The notes under the pieces were generated by a model. It saw nothing but the letters and a program-made list of their open reading frames with translations, was not told the DNA's origin and made no database searches. From Candidatus Tayloriibacteriota bacterium (GTDB lineage Bacteria > Patescibacteriota > Minisyncoccia > Phycocordibacterales > PALSA-1337), in assembly GCA_003151615.1 (NCBI GenBank), contig PLXZ01000004.1, positions 173,285-237,284 on the forward strand: a stretch of DNA of 64,000 bases, written 5' to 3'. How positions within the stretch are numbered: position 1 is the stretch's first letter; each line of letters starts with the position of its first letter. Shown here piece by piece: positions 47,290 to 57,793 of the stretch. The position numbers and the translations under genes are program-made.

Positions 47290-49365
47290 TTATAGAAGAG
47301 TGTCCGGATCAATGTTGACTGTGACCGACGGAGGCAATGCGCGCAATGCGGCGGACAATTGCGCGTCGGGCCAATTCGGACGGGAAACAGTCGCGGAAAC
47401 GCGGGGAATCCGGATCAGTCCGTGAAGGACGAAATTGCCGCGGACGGTATGGGTGAAAGCCGGAAAAATGTCCACGGCGTAGGGCGCGCCGGTGTGCGAG
47501 GTCGAGATTTCCTCGAGCGTCTTTTTGATTGAAGTCATTTCCGCGACAATTTCGTCCTTTTTTCCTTCAAGCGTCAGCTTGATGAGCGTGCTGAACGGCG
47601 GATAGCTGAACGTCTTGCGTTCGGCCAGCGCCGCGCGGAAAAATTCGTTCAGGTTGCCTTTCATCGCATAGTCGAAAATTGCTTCGTCGCCTTTGCGGGT
47701 CTGGATTATGACTTCACTGCGGGCCAGGGCGCGGACGGACAAAAGGACATGCAGAATTTTTTCATGGATGCGAAAATCGGGAATGGAAAGAAGGGAATCG
47801 AGCGACACAATGACGGCATTCTCCACTTTTTCATGAAGATACGACAGCATCATTTCGGTGCCGAGAAGTATCGCGCTGGGCTGCGCGCGAAACGCGGCCA
47901 CGACGGCGTGCGCCTGTTTGTCGTTCGGCGTCGAGTCGGAGTCGATCTGAAACAGCTTCATATCGGGAAATTTGTCGCGGATTTTTTCGGCGACAAGGTC
48001 GATGCCGATGCCCACGGTCGCCAGTTTCCAGCTGCCGCAGTTTTTGCACGTTTCCTCGCTCGGCCGACGAGCGCCGCAGCGGTGACAGAGGAAGAAACTG
48101 CGGGCTTCGGTTGCGGGCGTGCCAGTTTTCCCGGCTTTTCCTGCAGCCGCCGCTTTGGCCGGAGCGCGGTGTAATACGACCGGTTTCGAACATTCGTTGC
48201 AGGTCACGATGGTTTGGCAGTCGGTGCACACGACCGAAGGCGAAACTCCGCGGCGCAAGGCGAACATGATCATGTGTTCATTATTTGCTTTGTTCTTTTT
48301 GATGAGCTCTTCCGCCGCCCCGGAAAATATTTTAAATTGGCCGCCGTTGGTTCCACCCGCGTTTCCGCTCGTTTTCCCCATTTCTTTTTTATGCGTGCGC
48401 ATGTCGACGAGAGTGTCGCGCGACGTGGCGAGCGTGCGGAATTTGAAGGGCGCGCCGGCAATGATTTCGTCTTCCGACTGGCGCCAGAGCGTTTCGACTG
48501 ACAAAAACATGTCGCCAAAAAACAGCGGGATGTTGCGTTCTTTTGCGTAGGTTTCAGCGACGCGCCGGATGTCAGCAAACGGACGGCGGAGTTGCTTCCA
48601 GCCGCGGCTGTTTTCCTTTTCGACAATGATGACGCCGATGTCCCTGCGCGGAATTGAAAGAAACGATCCGGTGGCCACCACAACGACGGGATGTTCCTCT
48701 TCCACGATTTTATTCCAGCTGTCGACGAGTCTTTTTTTGGAAAGGCCGGAATGGAGAATGTGCGCGTAGCCCTCGATGCCTTTTTCGATCAGTTCATAGG
48801 CGTGTTCAGCTTCCTCGGCGCTCGGCACCAGAAACAGGACTGATGATTTTCGGGCGAATTCCTGGCGGATCAGTCCGCGATAGCTGCCGTATCGTTCCTC
48901 GTCGTCGCCCTGAATGGCATGAACCTCGAAAAAGTTTTTCCGGTTTTTTGTCGCATCTTTTTCCTTGGCGGGCATGTCCGGCAAGACCAGTGTCGAAGTG
49001 GGCTCGGTCTTCAATTCCGACGATTTCGCCAGGATAATTTCCGGGACAAGCGCCGCGAGGGTGCTGCCGACGGTCGCGGCATAATATTCGGCGGTCTGCC
49101 GCGCGGTCGCCATGAATTCCTTCGTGAAAAACGGCCGGGCTTTTTTCGCTGATTCCGCCGGAATTTTTTTAAGCGAAAACGAAGCCTGCCTGAGGTCGCT
49201 TTTCAATTCTACCGCTTCGCGAACGGCAACAACCACGCCCTGAATGATTTTTTTGCGAACCGGCACGTCGATGACCGCGCCCAGCGCTATCGGCGCAGGA
49301 CAAAAATACGAGAGCGTTTCGGCTCCGGTTCCTCGCGCGATAGGGATGACTTCGATGATATACAT
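47290..49365 (-). CDS. priA: Primosomal protein N' (helicase motifs degenerate)
   Basis: 3'-binding N-terminus; CxxC-CxxC-CxxC-CxxC zinc region; YPPF; no Walker A. Confidence 0.85.
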   Translation of the reverse strand: MYIIEVIPIARGTGAETLSYFCPAPIALGAVIDVPVRKKIIQGVVVAVREAVELKSDLRQASFSLKKIPAESAKKARPFFTKEFMATARQTAEYYAATVGSTLAALVPEIILAKSSELKTEPTSTLVLPDMPAKEKDATKNRKNFFEVHAIQGDDEERYGSYRGLIRQEFARKSSVLFLVPSAEEAEHAYELIEKGIEGYAHILHSGLSKKRLVDSWNKIVEEEHPVVVVATGSFLSIPRRDIGVIIVEKENSRGWKQLRRPFADIRRVAETYAKERNIPLFFGDMFLSVETLWRQSEDEIIAGAPFKFRTLATSRDTLVDMRTHKKEMGKTSGNAGGTNGGQFKIFSGAAEELIKKNKANNEHMIMFALRRGVSPSVVCTDCQTIVTCNECSKPVVLHRAPAKAAAAGKAGKTGTPATEARSFFLCHRCGARRPSEETCKNCGSWKLATVGIGIDLVAEKIRDKFPDMKLFQIDSDSTPNDKQAHAVVAAFRAQPSAILLGTEMMLSYLHEKVENAVIVSLDSLLSIPDFRIHEKILHVLLSVRALARSEVIIQTRKGDEAIFDYAMKGNLNEFFRAALAERKTFSYPPFSTLIKLTLEGKKDEIVAEMTSIKKTLEEISTSHTGAPYAVDIFPAFTHTVRGNFVLHGLIRIPRVSATVSRPNWPDAQLSAALRALPPSVTVNIDPDTLL

Positions 49366-49459
49366 ATATATGTGTGAATGCGCCCTGCTTCAAGCCGTCG
49401 CGCCGTTACATATACATTACAGGAAATGGAGGGTTTTACAAATGGTATAATAATTTCCG

Positions 49460-52400
49460 ATGCCATCGATTGAATCAGTGCCGGAAAGTCAGATCAAGCA
49501 CGTTGAGAAGGTGCCCGATTTTGACGCGCTTCAAACCGAAAAGGAAAAATTGTTTCGTGAGGCCGAAGAGGAGTCGATGCAATTTTCTGAAGATGAAAAA
49601 ATGGACGCTGTTTCCACGGTTTCTAATTATTCCGTAAAAGATGGATTTGAGCTTGCCCGAAGGCTTGGTTTGGATGGCAATCGTACGTTCCATGCCATGA
49701 CCTATGGAACCGTGGTCTATAAAAATAAGCCATTTTTTACGGCTTTCGATAATTATCTTGCCGCAAACGAAGGATATGCCGATAACAGCAATCATGAGAA
49801 ATCTGTCATGAGTGATGGGGTTGGGAGAATTCAGCGTGGGCTCGACAGCCAACTCGATGACGTCAAATTGTATATTGATCATTCAAAGAGACAGACTGGT
49901 TCACTCGGACCGAAAATCGATGAATATTACTCACATTTCATCCGCAATCGTCGCGTAAAAAGTCCCGAATTGCCGAACGACGGTCGCACACAAATCGAAC
50001 GGGTCGCCGAAGAGCATCTTCTGAGCGCGCAGGCGATACTCGAAGAAAGTTACTACACTGGGCCGGTGAGGGAATTTTTAGGTCTCGATGAAAAAGTTCT
50101 TGGTTGGGAAGAAAATGGAATACATGAAGGATATGGAGATAAAGGCGCGCAATTCAAACGAGATCTTCAGGTTGATGATTTATGGAAATTGAGAGGAAAT
50201 GTCATAGACAGACAATCGCTGGATGCCCTTTTCGAAACTAAAATAATGGGTGGATTGGACAAGAACGACCCGCGGCTTGAAAGTGTTTTAAAAAATGCCC
50301 GATACGCTCCTTCAAAAGTGGTCTTTGAAGAGCGCAAGCGTGGTGCCGAAAAGGGCTTGATAAAGCAAATTGAAGATTCCATGGTTGCACGCGGATTTAA
50401 AAAGGATGATTTTGAAATTACCTTGAATCAAGAAAAAGGGGAATATGAAGTGGTGAAGAAGGAAAAAGAGCAAGAGGAGGAAACAATAGAAGAAGTAGAG
50501 AACAAAGAAAATATGAAGCTGGTAAAAGAAATACCACGCGATATTAGTCTCAGTAAAGTAGATGCGAATTATCAAACTTACAGGACAATGGAAGACGAGG
50601 AAGATCCTCGATTCAATCAATTTCGTATAGATCAAGGTTCTTTTGGAGATTCCGGAGTGATCATGATTGATGGCGAACTGCATACACTATATAAGAGCCA
50701 TTACCTGTCTTCATTTTTCGTACGACCCGATGGGTCAAAATCCCGTATGTATTATCATGCTCATTCACCCCGCGAGGTTAATGGTAAGCTCGGATTTGAT
50801 TTTGCTCCAGATGCAACAATGCAGTCGTATCGAATGATGTTTGATAGTGAAGTTTTCGGAGATAAATATTGGCAACCTCGAGGTTATGATGCCGTCGAAC
50901 ATGAAGGCAAGCTATTTTACGTTGCGGAAGAAAAGGCAAGTGATTCAAGTCATAGTCATGCCTTGTTTAAGGGCGCATCTTGTTTGCGTGATTTTGGTCC
51001 GGGAGTGGCGATAGATGATTTTTTTGTTGGTCAGAAGGATATAGCTTGTGTTACTCGATCGTTAAGTGATAATAAGAAGAGAGAGGTTCAATTTATTACT
51101 CATAATGAGAAACTCGGACCTTATGACAACATAGAACTTTGTAAAAATTCAAAGGATGAATTGATTTTCTATGCCAAGAAAGGTGACGAACATTTTGTAT
51201 ACGTGGATGGAGTTGATGAGAAGATCGAATACAGTGGAGGTGCTATAAGTCAGATCTTATTGTGTAACGAGGAAATTTATTTACTTTGTAATGATGCTGA
51301 GAATGAAGAATTGGGTACTTCTGAATCATACCTTGGTGCAGGCATACATTTGGTAAAAGGGAAAAATTCCATATCTAATTTTATGGAAATTAATGGTGGT
51401 ATCTTTTATCTAAGATATTTTAAGGGGCGCGGTTTCCATGGGTATCCCGATAAAGTGAAGCAGTTTAGTTGGCAAAAAAACGGCGATGATCGTAGTTCAG
51501 ATTATTACCTAAAGAAAATAAATCTAACGGGAGTATATAACCAAGCTGTTGGTTTTCATGATACGTTATTTATTACTGACGATAAGAAAATTTTATCTCT
51601 CAAATATGGCGAAGAAAAATTTAAAGAAGTAACTTTTGACGGATACGTTAGACTGTCTCAGTCAGGCGGAAAGCTTTTTATACTTGAATCTTTGGAGGAT
51701 AAGGAGCGTGTTTGGGAATATTCTGAGGCAGGCGAAATTGAATTAAAAGAAAACGAAAAGCGTGATCTCGACCTCGCAAATGCTGTCGCCAAAGAAGACC
51801 TTGACACGATAAAAGAGTATTTTGCAAAATATTATCCGGAAGAGGCGGAAAAATCTCCGGCGGAACAGATTAAAGCAGGTTTGAAAGGAATGTTGGAACA
51901 GTCGGGCCGTTTTGTATCCGCAGTCAATCAAACGATCAAAGAAATGCCTGAATTGTTCATGGATACGTTTCGAGCGAAGGATGACAAGCCGACGGAGTAT
52001 CTCATGACCCAAATGTTCAATTATATGTTTCCGGAAACGCGGGCGAACAAGGAAAAAGCCCTGAAACAGGAAAACAAGAACAATCCGAATCGCCCGAATA
52101 TTTTTGGCGGAAGTAGAAAAGACGCCGCAGTTAATTATGATCCGGGTGTCGACCGCTTGGCTTCGGTTGATGAATCGGGTTATTACGAGATGATTAATGC
52201 GAACCGGGAAGTGCTGAAACTGCGCGAGCCATTGCCGGATTCGACTTTTATCGTCAGCGGCATATTCGGCAATCATACTGAAGGCGGCTGGGCTAAAGTC
52301 AACGTACCTATTTCACAGGAAATACAGGAACCGGCAAAAGAGACAACGTTTGAATTTGTCGATGAAAAATCAAGCCAGACCATCAATCTCCCGAGAATTG

Positions 52401-53635
52401 CCGGTTCTAAAATTATCACCGAACGTTTGAAAGGCGTGAATGCCAAGGATGCCGAAGTTCCGGTCAAGGTCATCGAGGAAAACAACCTTGGCGAAGTGCG
52501 CGTCGATAAGGGCAAAGATGCAAGACGCCTGGCATATTCGCAGTCGTTCAGTGAGGTGCCAAAAACAATGGCGGAAATTACCGAGAAAGATTATGAAAAA
52601 TTCAAAAAAGATTTTGAACGGAGTTTTGGCGACGTCATGACAAAGCCGATCGGTGACCTGGGCGACGAGCTTGACGTATTTGTCCGTGGTTTGAGGGATA
52701 AAAGCCCCCGCGAACAGGTGATAGCAATTCAGGAATTTTGCTATGAGTATGGATATTATAATGTTGATAAGCAAGTTCGTGACACTGACAGTTTCGAGGA
52801 ACGCTTGAGCATCATGGAGGGACGCATGGAGGAACTCAAAGAAAAAGATCCGAAACTTGCGCGTAAACTTTATGCCGGTATCTGCACTGACTTTGCCACA
52901 TTGACGACTGCGCTTTTGCGTAAGGCGGGTTTTGTTTCGGGTATTTCAACCGGCTATGTGCCTGAATCGGGAAGTACTGTTATTAAAAGCGACCGCGCGC
53001 ATGCCGTTTCATATGTTCTTTGGCCAAATCCCGAAAACAAGGACCGGAAACCCGATATGATTATTGTGGACGGTACACCGTCATCCATGACGCCCAAAAT
53101 AGTCGAACAGGAAAAAATTGCAAAAGAAGTTCATGGTGAGTCGGGCATCAATGCCGAAAAAGAAATGGCGGAACTGGAACGAATTTTGAAGACTATGGAC
53201 AGCGAGACGATTAAAAAAATGGAAAATGGCGTCCTAGAAAAAACATTGAATCAAATTCTGTACGGAGTGAAGCAGTCGCATGTTGATGTCATGGAGCGCG
53301 TTTTGAATGCTTCGCGATACGCAGGTTTTGATATCATTGAGATGACCAGAGGGAACGTCCAGGACCAAATTGAATTTAGGAAGTTCCTTGAAGAGGAAAT
53401 CTACAAGGAAAAAGGCGCCACCCATGAAAACAGGGAACGACGCGGCGAGGAGCTCTTTGAACTTATGCTCGACTTCACTAAAAGGTTTGAAAAAGACAAA
53501 GACGTGAAAAATAAAGCGGAAGTATTTGATATTTTGGAGAAAGTCTTTGATGTATCGGAGAAATATCTTGATCCTATCGAAGCGAGGAGTGCGGCTGCAA
53601 TCGTGACTTATTTGAGGGCGAAGAAAATGAGATAA
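49460..53635 (+). CDS. Large protein with transglutaminase-like domain
   Basis: GICTDFA...HAVSYV...VDGTP Cys-His-Asp triad. Confidence 0.7.
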   Translation: MPSIESVPESQIKHVEKVPDFDALQTEKEKLFREAEEESMQFSEDEKMDAVSTVSNYSVKDGFELARRLGLDGNRTFHAMTYGTVVYKNKPFFTAFDNYLAANEGYADNSNHEKSVMSDGVGRIQRGLDSQLDDVKLYIDHSKRQTGSLGPKIDEYYSHFIRNRRVKSPELPNDGRTQIERVAEEHLLSAQAILEESYYTGPVREFLGLDEKVLGWEENGIHEGYGDKGAQFKRDLQVDDLWKLRGNVIDRQSLDALFETKIMGGLDKNDPRLESVLKNARYAPSKVVFEERKRGAEKGLIKQIEDSMVARGFKKDDFEITLNQEKGEYEVVKKEKEQEEETIEEVENKENMKLVKEIPRDISLSKVDANYQTYRTMEDEEDPRFNQFRIDQGSFGDSGVIMIDGELHTLYKSHYLSSFFVRPDGSKSRMYYHAHSPREVNGKLGFDFAPDATMQSYRMMFDSEVFGDKYWQPRGYDAVEHEGKLFYVAEEKASDSSHSHALFKGASCLRDFGPGVAIDDFFVGQKDIACVTRSLSDNKKREVQFITHNEKLGPYDNIELCKNSKDELIFYAKKGDEHFVYVDGVDEKIEYSGGAISQILLCNEEIYLLCNDAENEELGTSESYLGAGIHLVKGKNSISNFMEINGGIFYLRYFKGRGFHGYPDKVKQFSWQKNGDDRSSDYYLKKINLTGVYNQAVGFHDTLFITDDKKILSLKYGEEKFKEVTFDGYVRLSQSGGKLFILESLEDKERVWEYSEAGEIELKENEKRDLDLANAVAKEDLDTIKEYFAKYYPEEAEKSPAEQIKAGLKGMLEQSGRFVSAVNQTIKEMPELFMDTFRAKDDKPTEYLMTQMFNYMFPETRANKEKALKQENKNNPNRPNIFGGSRKDAAVNYDPGVDRLASVDESGYYEMINANREVLKLREPLPDSTFIVSGIFGNHTEGGWAKVNVPISQEIQEPAKETTFEFVDEKSSQTINLPRIAGSKIITERLKGVNAKDAEVPVKVIEENNLGEVRVDKGKDARRLAYSQSFSEVPKTMAEITEKDYEKFKKDFERSFGDVMTKPIGDLGDELDVFVRGLRDKSPREQVIAIQEFCYEYGYYNVDKQVRDTDSFEERLSIMEGRMEELKEKDPKLARKLYAGICTDFATLTTALLRKAGFVSGISTGYVPESGSTVIKSDRAHAVSYVLWPNPENKDRKPDMIIVDGTPSSMTPKIVEQEKIAKEVHGESGINAEKEMAELERILKTMDSETIKKMENGVLEKTLNQILYGVKQSHVDVMERVLNASRYAGFDIIEMTRGNVQDQIEFRKFLEEEIYKEKGATHENRERRGEELFELMLDFTKRFEKDKDVKNKAEVFDILEKVFDVSEKYLDPIEARSAAAIVTYLRAKKMR

Positions 53636-53736
53636 TAAAAAGGTCCTACAAATTCCACTCGATTTTACAAATGGCGAGAAGACTTGTCCAAAGTTTTATT
53701 TTTGATTATTTATAATAAATGAAATTATAAGGTATA

Positions 53737-54786
53737 GTGTATGAATCTATGGAAAACATGCCCGAATTTAGAATGGTCGGCACCGATGACAAGGAAGCCA
53801 AGGCTGAAGCCAAGAAAGAGTCCGAAGATTATTTGGAGCGTCATGTAAGCTCGCTTTCCCCGGAAGAAAGGCAATTTTTTGAGAAATATGAAATTCCAAA
53901 AACGGAAGAGCAGAAATCCCTCATAGATTTTGCCAATGAGGAAACCAACAGATTACGCCAGGAAGGCGGATTGCCGCCCTATGTCGTGCCGACTGAAAAT
54001 TATCATATTCTCCCCACTGAAAAATATCGTGAAATGAACGGGCATGAAACCTCCGGGATAACAAGCTATATGAGCCAATCAGTCTGTTTCGATGCCGAAA
54101 AATTAGGTAAAAACATTCTTATGTTCGGTTCCACGGCTTTCCATGAGACTTTGCACCTCAAGGGACACACCTCGTTTGAAGTTGAAATCGAAGAAGATCC
54201 AAAGGAAAAAACGGAACATAGAATGAAATCAAATTATCGTGTGGGAGTTTCCGTAATTTCGTCCCAAAAAAAGATTCGCGATGAAGGGGAACAGCACCGT
54301 CATTTCAATGGTCTCAATGAGGCGATCATCGCGACTGAAGAAAAGAAATTACTTCCGAAACTTCTGGAACGTCCCGAAATTAAGAGTCGAGAGGAACTGC
54401 CGACATCTATTGAAAGAACGGCTATTCTTGAAAAATTTTGCGAGGCGGAAAAAATCTCCGTGGAGGAAATAATGGATTTTAAAATAGATGAAGAGGAAAA
54501 AGTCAGAAGCTATGTCGTTTTCCCTTATCTCCCCCAAAGAAAGGTTCTTTTGTATGTTTGCGCGGAAATCGCAAAGGATTTTCCGGAACAATATGGCGAT
54601 GCAGAGGCTGTGCGCAAAGAATTTACCAAAGCCCATTTTACCGGCCGGCTTTTGCCGCTGGCCCGTCTTACGGAAAGTGCGTTTGGAAAAGGAAGTTTTC
54701 GCATCCTTGGCGATATTGGAATTGATGAAAATAGTGGAATGTTGGGGTTAGAGGCGATGCAAAAGCTGAGAAATAAAAAATCTTAG
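53737..54786 (+). CDS. Hypothetical zincin-like protein
   Basis: HETLH...GLNEA. Confidence 0.55.
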   Translation: MYESMENMPEFRMVGTDDKEAKAEAKKESEDYLERHVSSLSPEERQFFEKYEIPKTEEQKSLIDFANEETNRLRQEGGLPPYVVPTENYHILPTEKYREMNGHETSGITSYMSQSVCFDAEKLGKNILMFGSTAFHETLHLKGHTSFEVEIEEDPKEKTEHRMKSNYRVGVSVISSQKKIRDEGEQHRHFNGLNEAIIATEEKKLLPKLLERPEIKSREELPTSIERTAILEKFCEAEKISVEEIMDFKIDEEEKVRSYVVFPYLPQRKVLLYVCAEIAKDFPEQYGDAEAVRKEFTKAHFTGRLLPLARLTESAFGKGSFRILGDIGIDENSGMLGLEAMQKLRNKKS

Positions 54787-54833
54787 TCTTTAGCCGTACT
54801 GTTCAGTGTCGTCTTTTCATTTTCGTAATGAGT

Positions 54834-56444
54834 TTACAAATCCCTGAACGTCTCTATTTTCGCGCCAATTTTATTGAGGCGTTCGGCAAGATCTTCGTAG
54901 CCGCGGTTGATGTTGTAGACGTTGCGCAAAACGGAAACGCCTTCGGCGGCGAGCATGGCGATCAGGATGATGACGGATGGGCGGAGGGCAGGAGGGCAGA
55001 CAACTTCGGTCGCCTTTAATTTCGTGGGGCCGGTGACATAAAAACGGTGCGGATCGGCGAGGATGGTTTCGGCGCGGAGTTTGTCCAGTTCCTTGTAATA
55101 AATAGCGCGCTCTTCGTAGGTCCAGTCGTGGATAAAGGTCTGACCTTCGGCCTGTGTTCCGATGACGGCGAAAAAAGGAAGATTGTCCATATTAATGCCG
55201 GGATATGGTTGCGCGTGAATTTTTTCTTCGAGCGCGACAAGTTTCGACGGTTTTGTGCGGATGTCGACGAGATTTGTTTCCCCATTTTCAGCCTTGTATC
55301 GCTTGACGATGGAATATTTGAAGCCCATTTTTTCGAGTTTCAAAAGTTCAAGTTCCAGAAAATCAATCGGACAGCGCTCGACGGTGATTTCCGATTTCGT
55401 GACGATGGCTGCGGCGAGGAGTGACATGGCTTCAATAGGATCCTCGGACAGGAAATATTCGACTGGCATGTTTATATCCGCGACGCCGTGGACCGTTAGT
55501 CGTGATGTTCCGATACCTTCGATTTTGACGCCGAGCTTTTGTAAGTAAAAACAAACGTCCTGTACCTGATAATTGGCAGATGCGAATTTTATCACCGTTG
55601 TTCCGGGTACGCCCGCTGCGGCAATGAGAACCGTTTCGGTGACGGTGTCGCCGGCTTCATAGAGGATGATTTCGTTTGGTCGCGAATCGCCGAAAATTTT
55701 CCCGAACGCATTTGCGCGGGAAGTTGATCTCGAGACTTCGTAATATTTCGAAGTCGTTTCAATGCCGATGCCGAGCTTTTCCAGTGCATAGAAGTAAGGC
55801 TTTACCGTCCGCGAACCGAGACGGCAACCGCCAGCCTGCGGAAATTTGAATGAATTGAGCTGATGGACAAGTCCGCCGATCATGATGATGCAACTTCGCG
55901 TTTTAGCCGCGGATTCATAATTGATTTTGTTGAGAGTGAATTTTGCAGGAGGTTTAATTTCGAGGTCAAAACGGTCCTTGCCCGCGCCGCTTTTGTCGGT
56001 GCTTTCTTTCCATGAAATTTTAACGCCGATAGATTCGAGAACTTCGATGAGGCGGTTTACTTCTTCGATTCGCGGCACATTTCGCACGGTCGTCACTCCT
56101 TTGTTCAAAAGGGAAGCGCAGAGAATACCGACGGCACCGTTTTTAGAGGTGCGCACCGCGATTCTGCCGGAAAGCTTCCGTCCGCCGGTGATTCTGAAAT
56201 TGACCGTGCCTCCGCGCGCGATCGAAACAATCTCATGATCGAGGGCCGCGCTGATTTTCGATAGTGTTTCCGTCGACAGGTTCTGCTCGCCCTTTTCGAT
56301 GCGCGCCACGACCGACTGCGTCGTGCCGATTTTTTTCGCCAACGCCTCCTGGCTCATGCCGCGGTCCTCCCGCAGCCGCGTGATCAGATTGCCGATGTGA
56401 GTCAGTGCCTTGTCTGCGGTATGCGCGGTGTCTGTCATGTTCAT
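54834..56444 (-). CDS. murA: XRE-HTH fused UDP-N-acetylglucosamine 1-carboxyvinyltransferase
   Basis: N-terminal SQEALAKKIGTTQSVVARIEKG; SKNG, GGCRLGSR, RGYE. Confidence 0.92.
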   Translation of the reverse strand: MNMTDTAHTADKALTHIGNLITRLREDRGMSQEALAKKIGTTQSVVARIEKGEQNLSTETLSKISAALDHEIVSIARGGTVNFRITGGRKLSGRIAVRTSKNGAVGILCASLLNKGVTTVRNVPRIEEVNRLIEVLESIGVKISWKESTDKSGAGKDRFDLEIKPPAKFTLNKINYESAAKTRSCIIMIGGLVHQLNSFKFPQAGGCRLGSRTVKPYFYALEKLGIGIETTSKYYEVSRSTSRANAFGKIFGDSRPNEIILYEAGDTVTETVLIAAAGVPGTTVIKFASANYQVQDVCFYLQKLGVKIEGIGTSRLTVHGVADINMPVEYFLSEDPIEAMSLLAAAIVTKSEITVERCPIDFLELELLKLEKMGFKYSIVKRYKAENGETNLVDIRTKPSKLVALEEKIHAQPYPGINMDNLPFFAVIGTQAEGQTFIHDWTYEERAIYYKELDKLRAETILADPHRFYVTGPTKLKATEVVCPPALRPSVIILIAMLAAEGVSVLRNVYNINRGYEDLAERLNKIGAKIETFRDL

Positions 56445-56591
56445 GTTGGATAATATAGCATATACGCTATATATGTAAAATTTCAAAATTGTGGATAACT
56501 GGCGGTGGAATCTCTCAATAGGCGGCATTTTTTATTCTTTCTTTAGAACATTTTGAATGTTTCTCTATCGCCGCTTTGCTATGGTTGGCGG

Positions 56592-57005
56592 ATGAAACGA
56601 AAAAGTGAATTAAAACAAATTAACTCTCTGATTGCCTATTATTTTGGCCTTCCGAAAGGCCATCGTATTTCGCATCCAAACATAAAAATGTTTATAGATG
56701 ATGCCGTTCGCATCTCCCGACGGGCGATCAAGCATATTGTCGAGGAAAGAAGAGACGATACATACACCATTGCCCAAATACAGGGTATGTTTACAAAAAT
56801 TTTAGAGACAGTTCACAATCCCGATTTTTCAATCTCCAACAACAATAAAAAATATCCCGGCAGTTTTATGACGGTAAAATCATATCAAAAATTAAATAAT
56901 ATGCTCGTGGTCGTTCAAAACAAGAACTCTTCCGGAGTCGCAATCATTACGGTCTTTTTCAGACAATACCGGCATTACAAAAAAATGAAAGCTAAATCTC
57001 AATAA
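56592..57005 (+). CDS. Hypothetical protein
   Basis: Basic ORF ending IITVF. Confidence 0.5.
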   Translation: MKRKSELKQINSLIAYYFGLPKGHRISHPNIKMFIDDAVRISRRAIKHIVEERRDDTYTIAQIQGMFTKILETVHNPDFSISNNNKKYPGSFMTVKSYQKLNNMLVVVQNKNSSGVAIITVFFRQYRHYKKMKAKSQ

Positions 57006-57213
57006 TCTGTTTCTGGAAGGTCGGCATCCCGTTTCCAGGTATCCTTCATCTATCATCTACCGAAGTAGAAGTCCGCAGTAGTCGCCTTTCTGCTGTCAGA
57101 AACAGGTTATTAGTATCTAGCTTTTCAAGCCTCACTGGGTTTAAGTATAAAGGAGAATTTTCGAAAGTCAAGAAATTGTTGAGCATACGCTTTTTATTTG
57201 TTACACTTTTGCC

Positions 57214-57601
57214 ATGAATCCGGAATTTCCAAAAGAAAGCATGTTCGGCGATGCGCATACACTTACGATGGGAGGCGTTGAGTATGATGTCTACAAATTA
57301 ATTGATATTGCCAAACACATGGAAACTGTAGAAATCAAAGTGGCCGATATTAAAAATCAGGTGTTGGAAGAACAATGTTGGACTGACAGCGATGCAAATA
57401 AATTTTCCCGAATGGATTGACCACATCAACAAAACAAAAAATGCCGACTATAGTTATCCGATTCTCATGCTCAAAAATGAAGTAATTGACGGAATGCATC
57501 GACTCATTAAGGCGATTACGGACAAGGTTGATACTATACTCGCAAAAGTCATGGACGAACTGCCGAAAGAGGTGATTTATATTTCGAAAAAGCAGGGGTG
57601 A
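57214..57601 (+). pseudogene. Frameshifted ParB/Srx-like gene
   Basis: Two overlapping ORFs (57214-57420, 57392-57601); ADYSYPIL...IDGMHRL motif in the second. Confidence 0.6.
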
Positions 57602-57614
57602 AAAAACTCTTTAA

Positions 57615-57717
57615 ACATCACCATCGTGCAAATGCGAATGCGAAAATTCGAACCTAGGTTTTAAGCCATATTTTGGAAATCAAAATACACTTTTTCGCAT
57701 TTGCACGATGGTGATGT
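57615..57717. repeat. Perfect 24-bp inverted repeat with 55-bp spacer
   Basis: acatcaccatcgtgcaaatgcgaa ... ttcgcatttgcacgatggtgatgt. Confidence 0.85.
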
Positions 57718-57793
57718 ATTTTACATGTGGTTTTGTCCAGCTTCTCACGCCCAAGATCCATAAAACATTGTAAAAAGGCCGAATCTGAGTATA

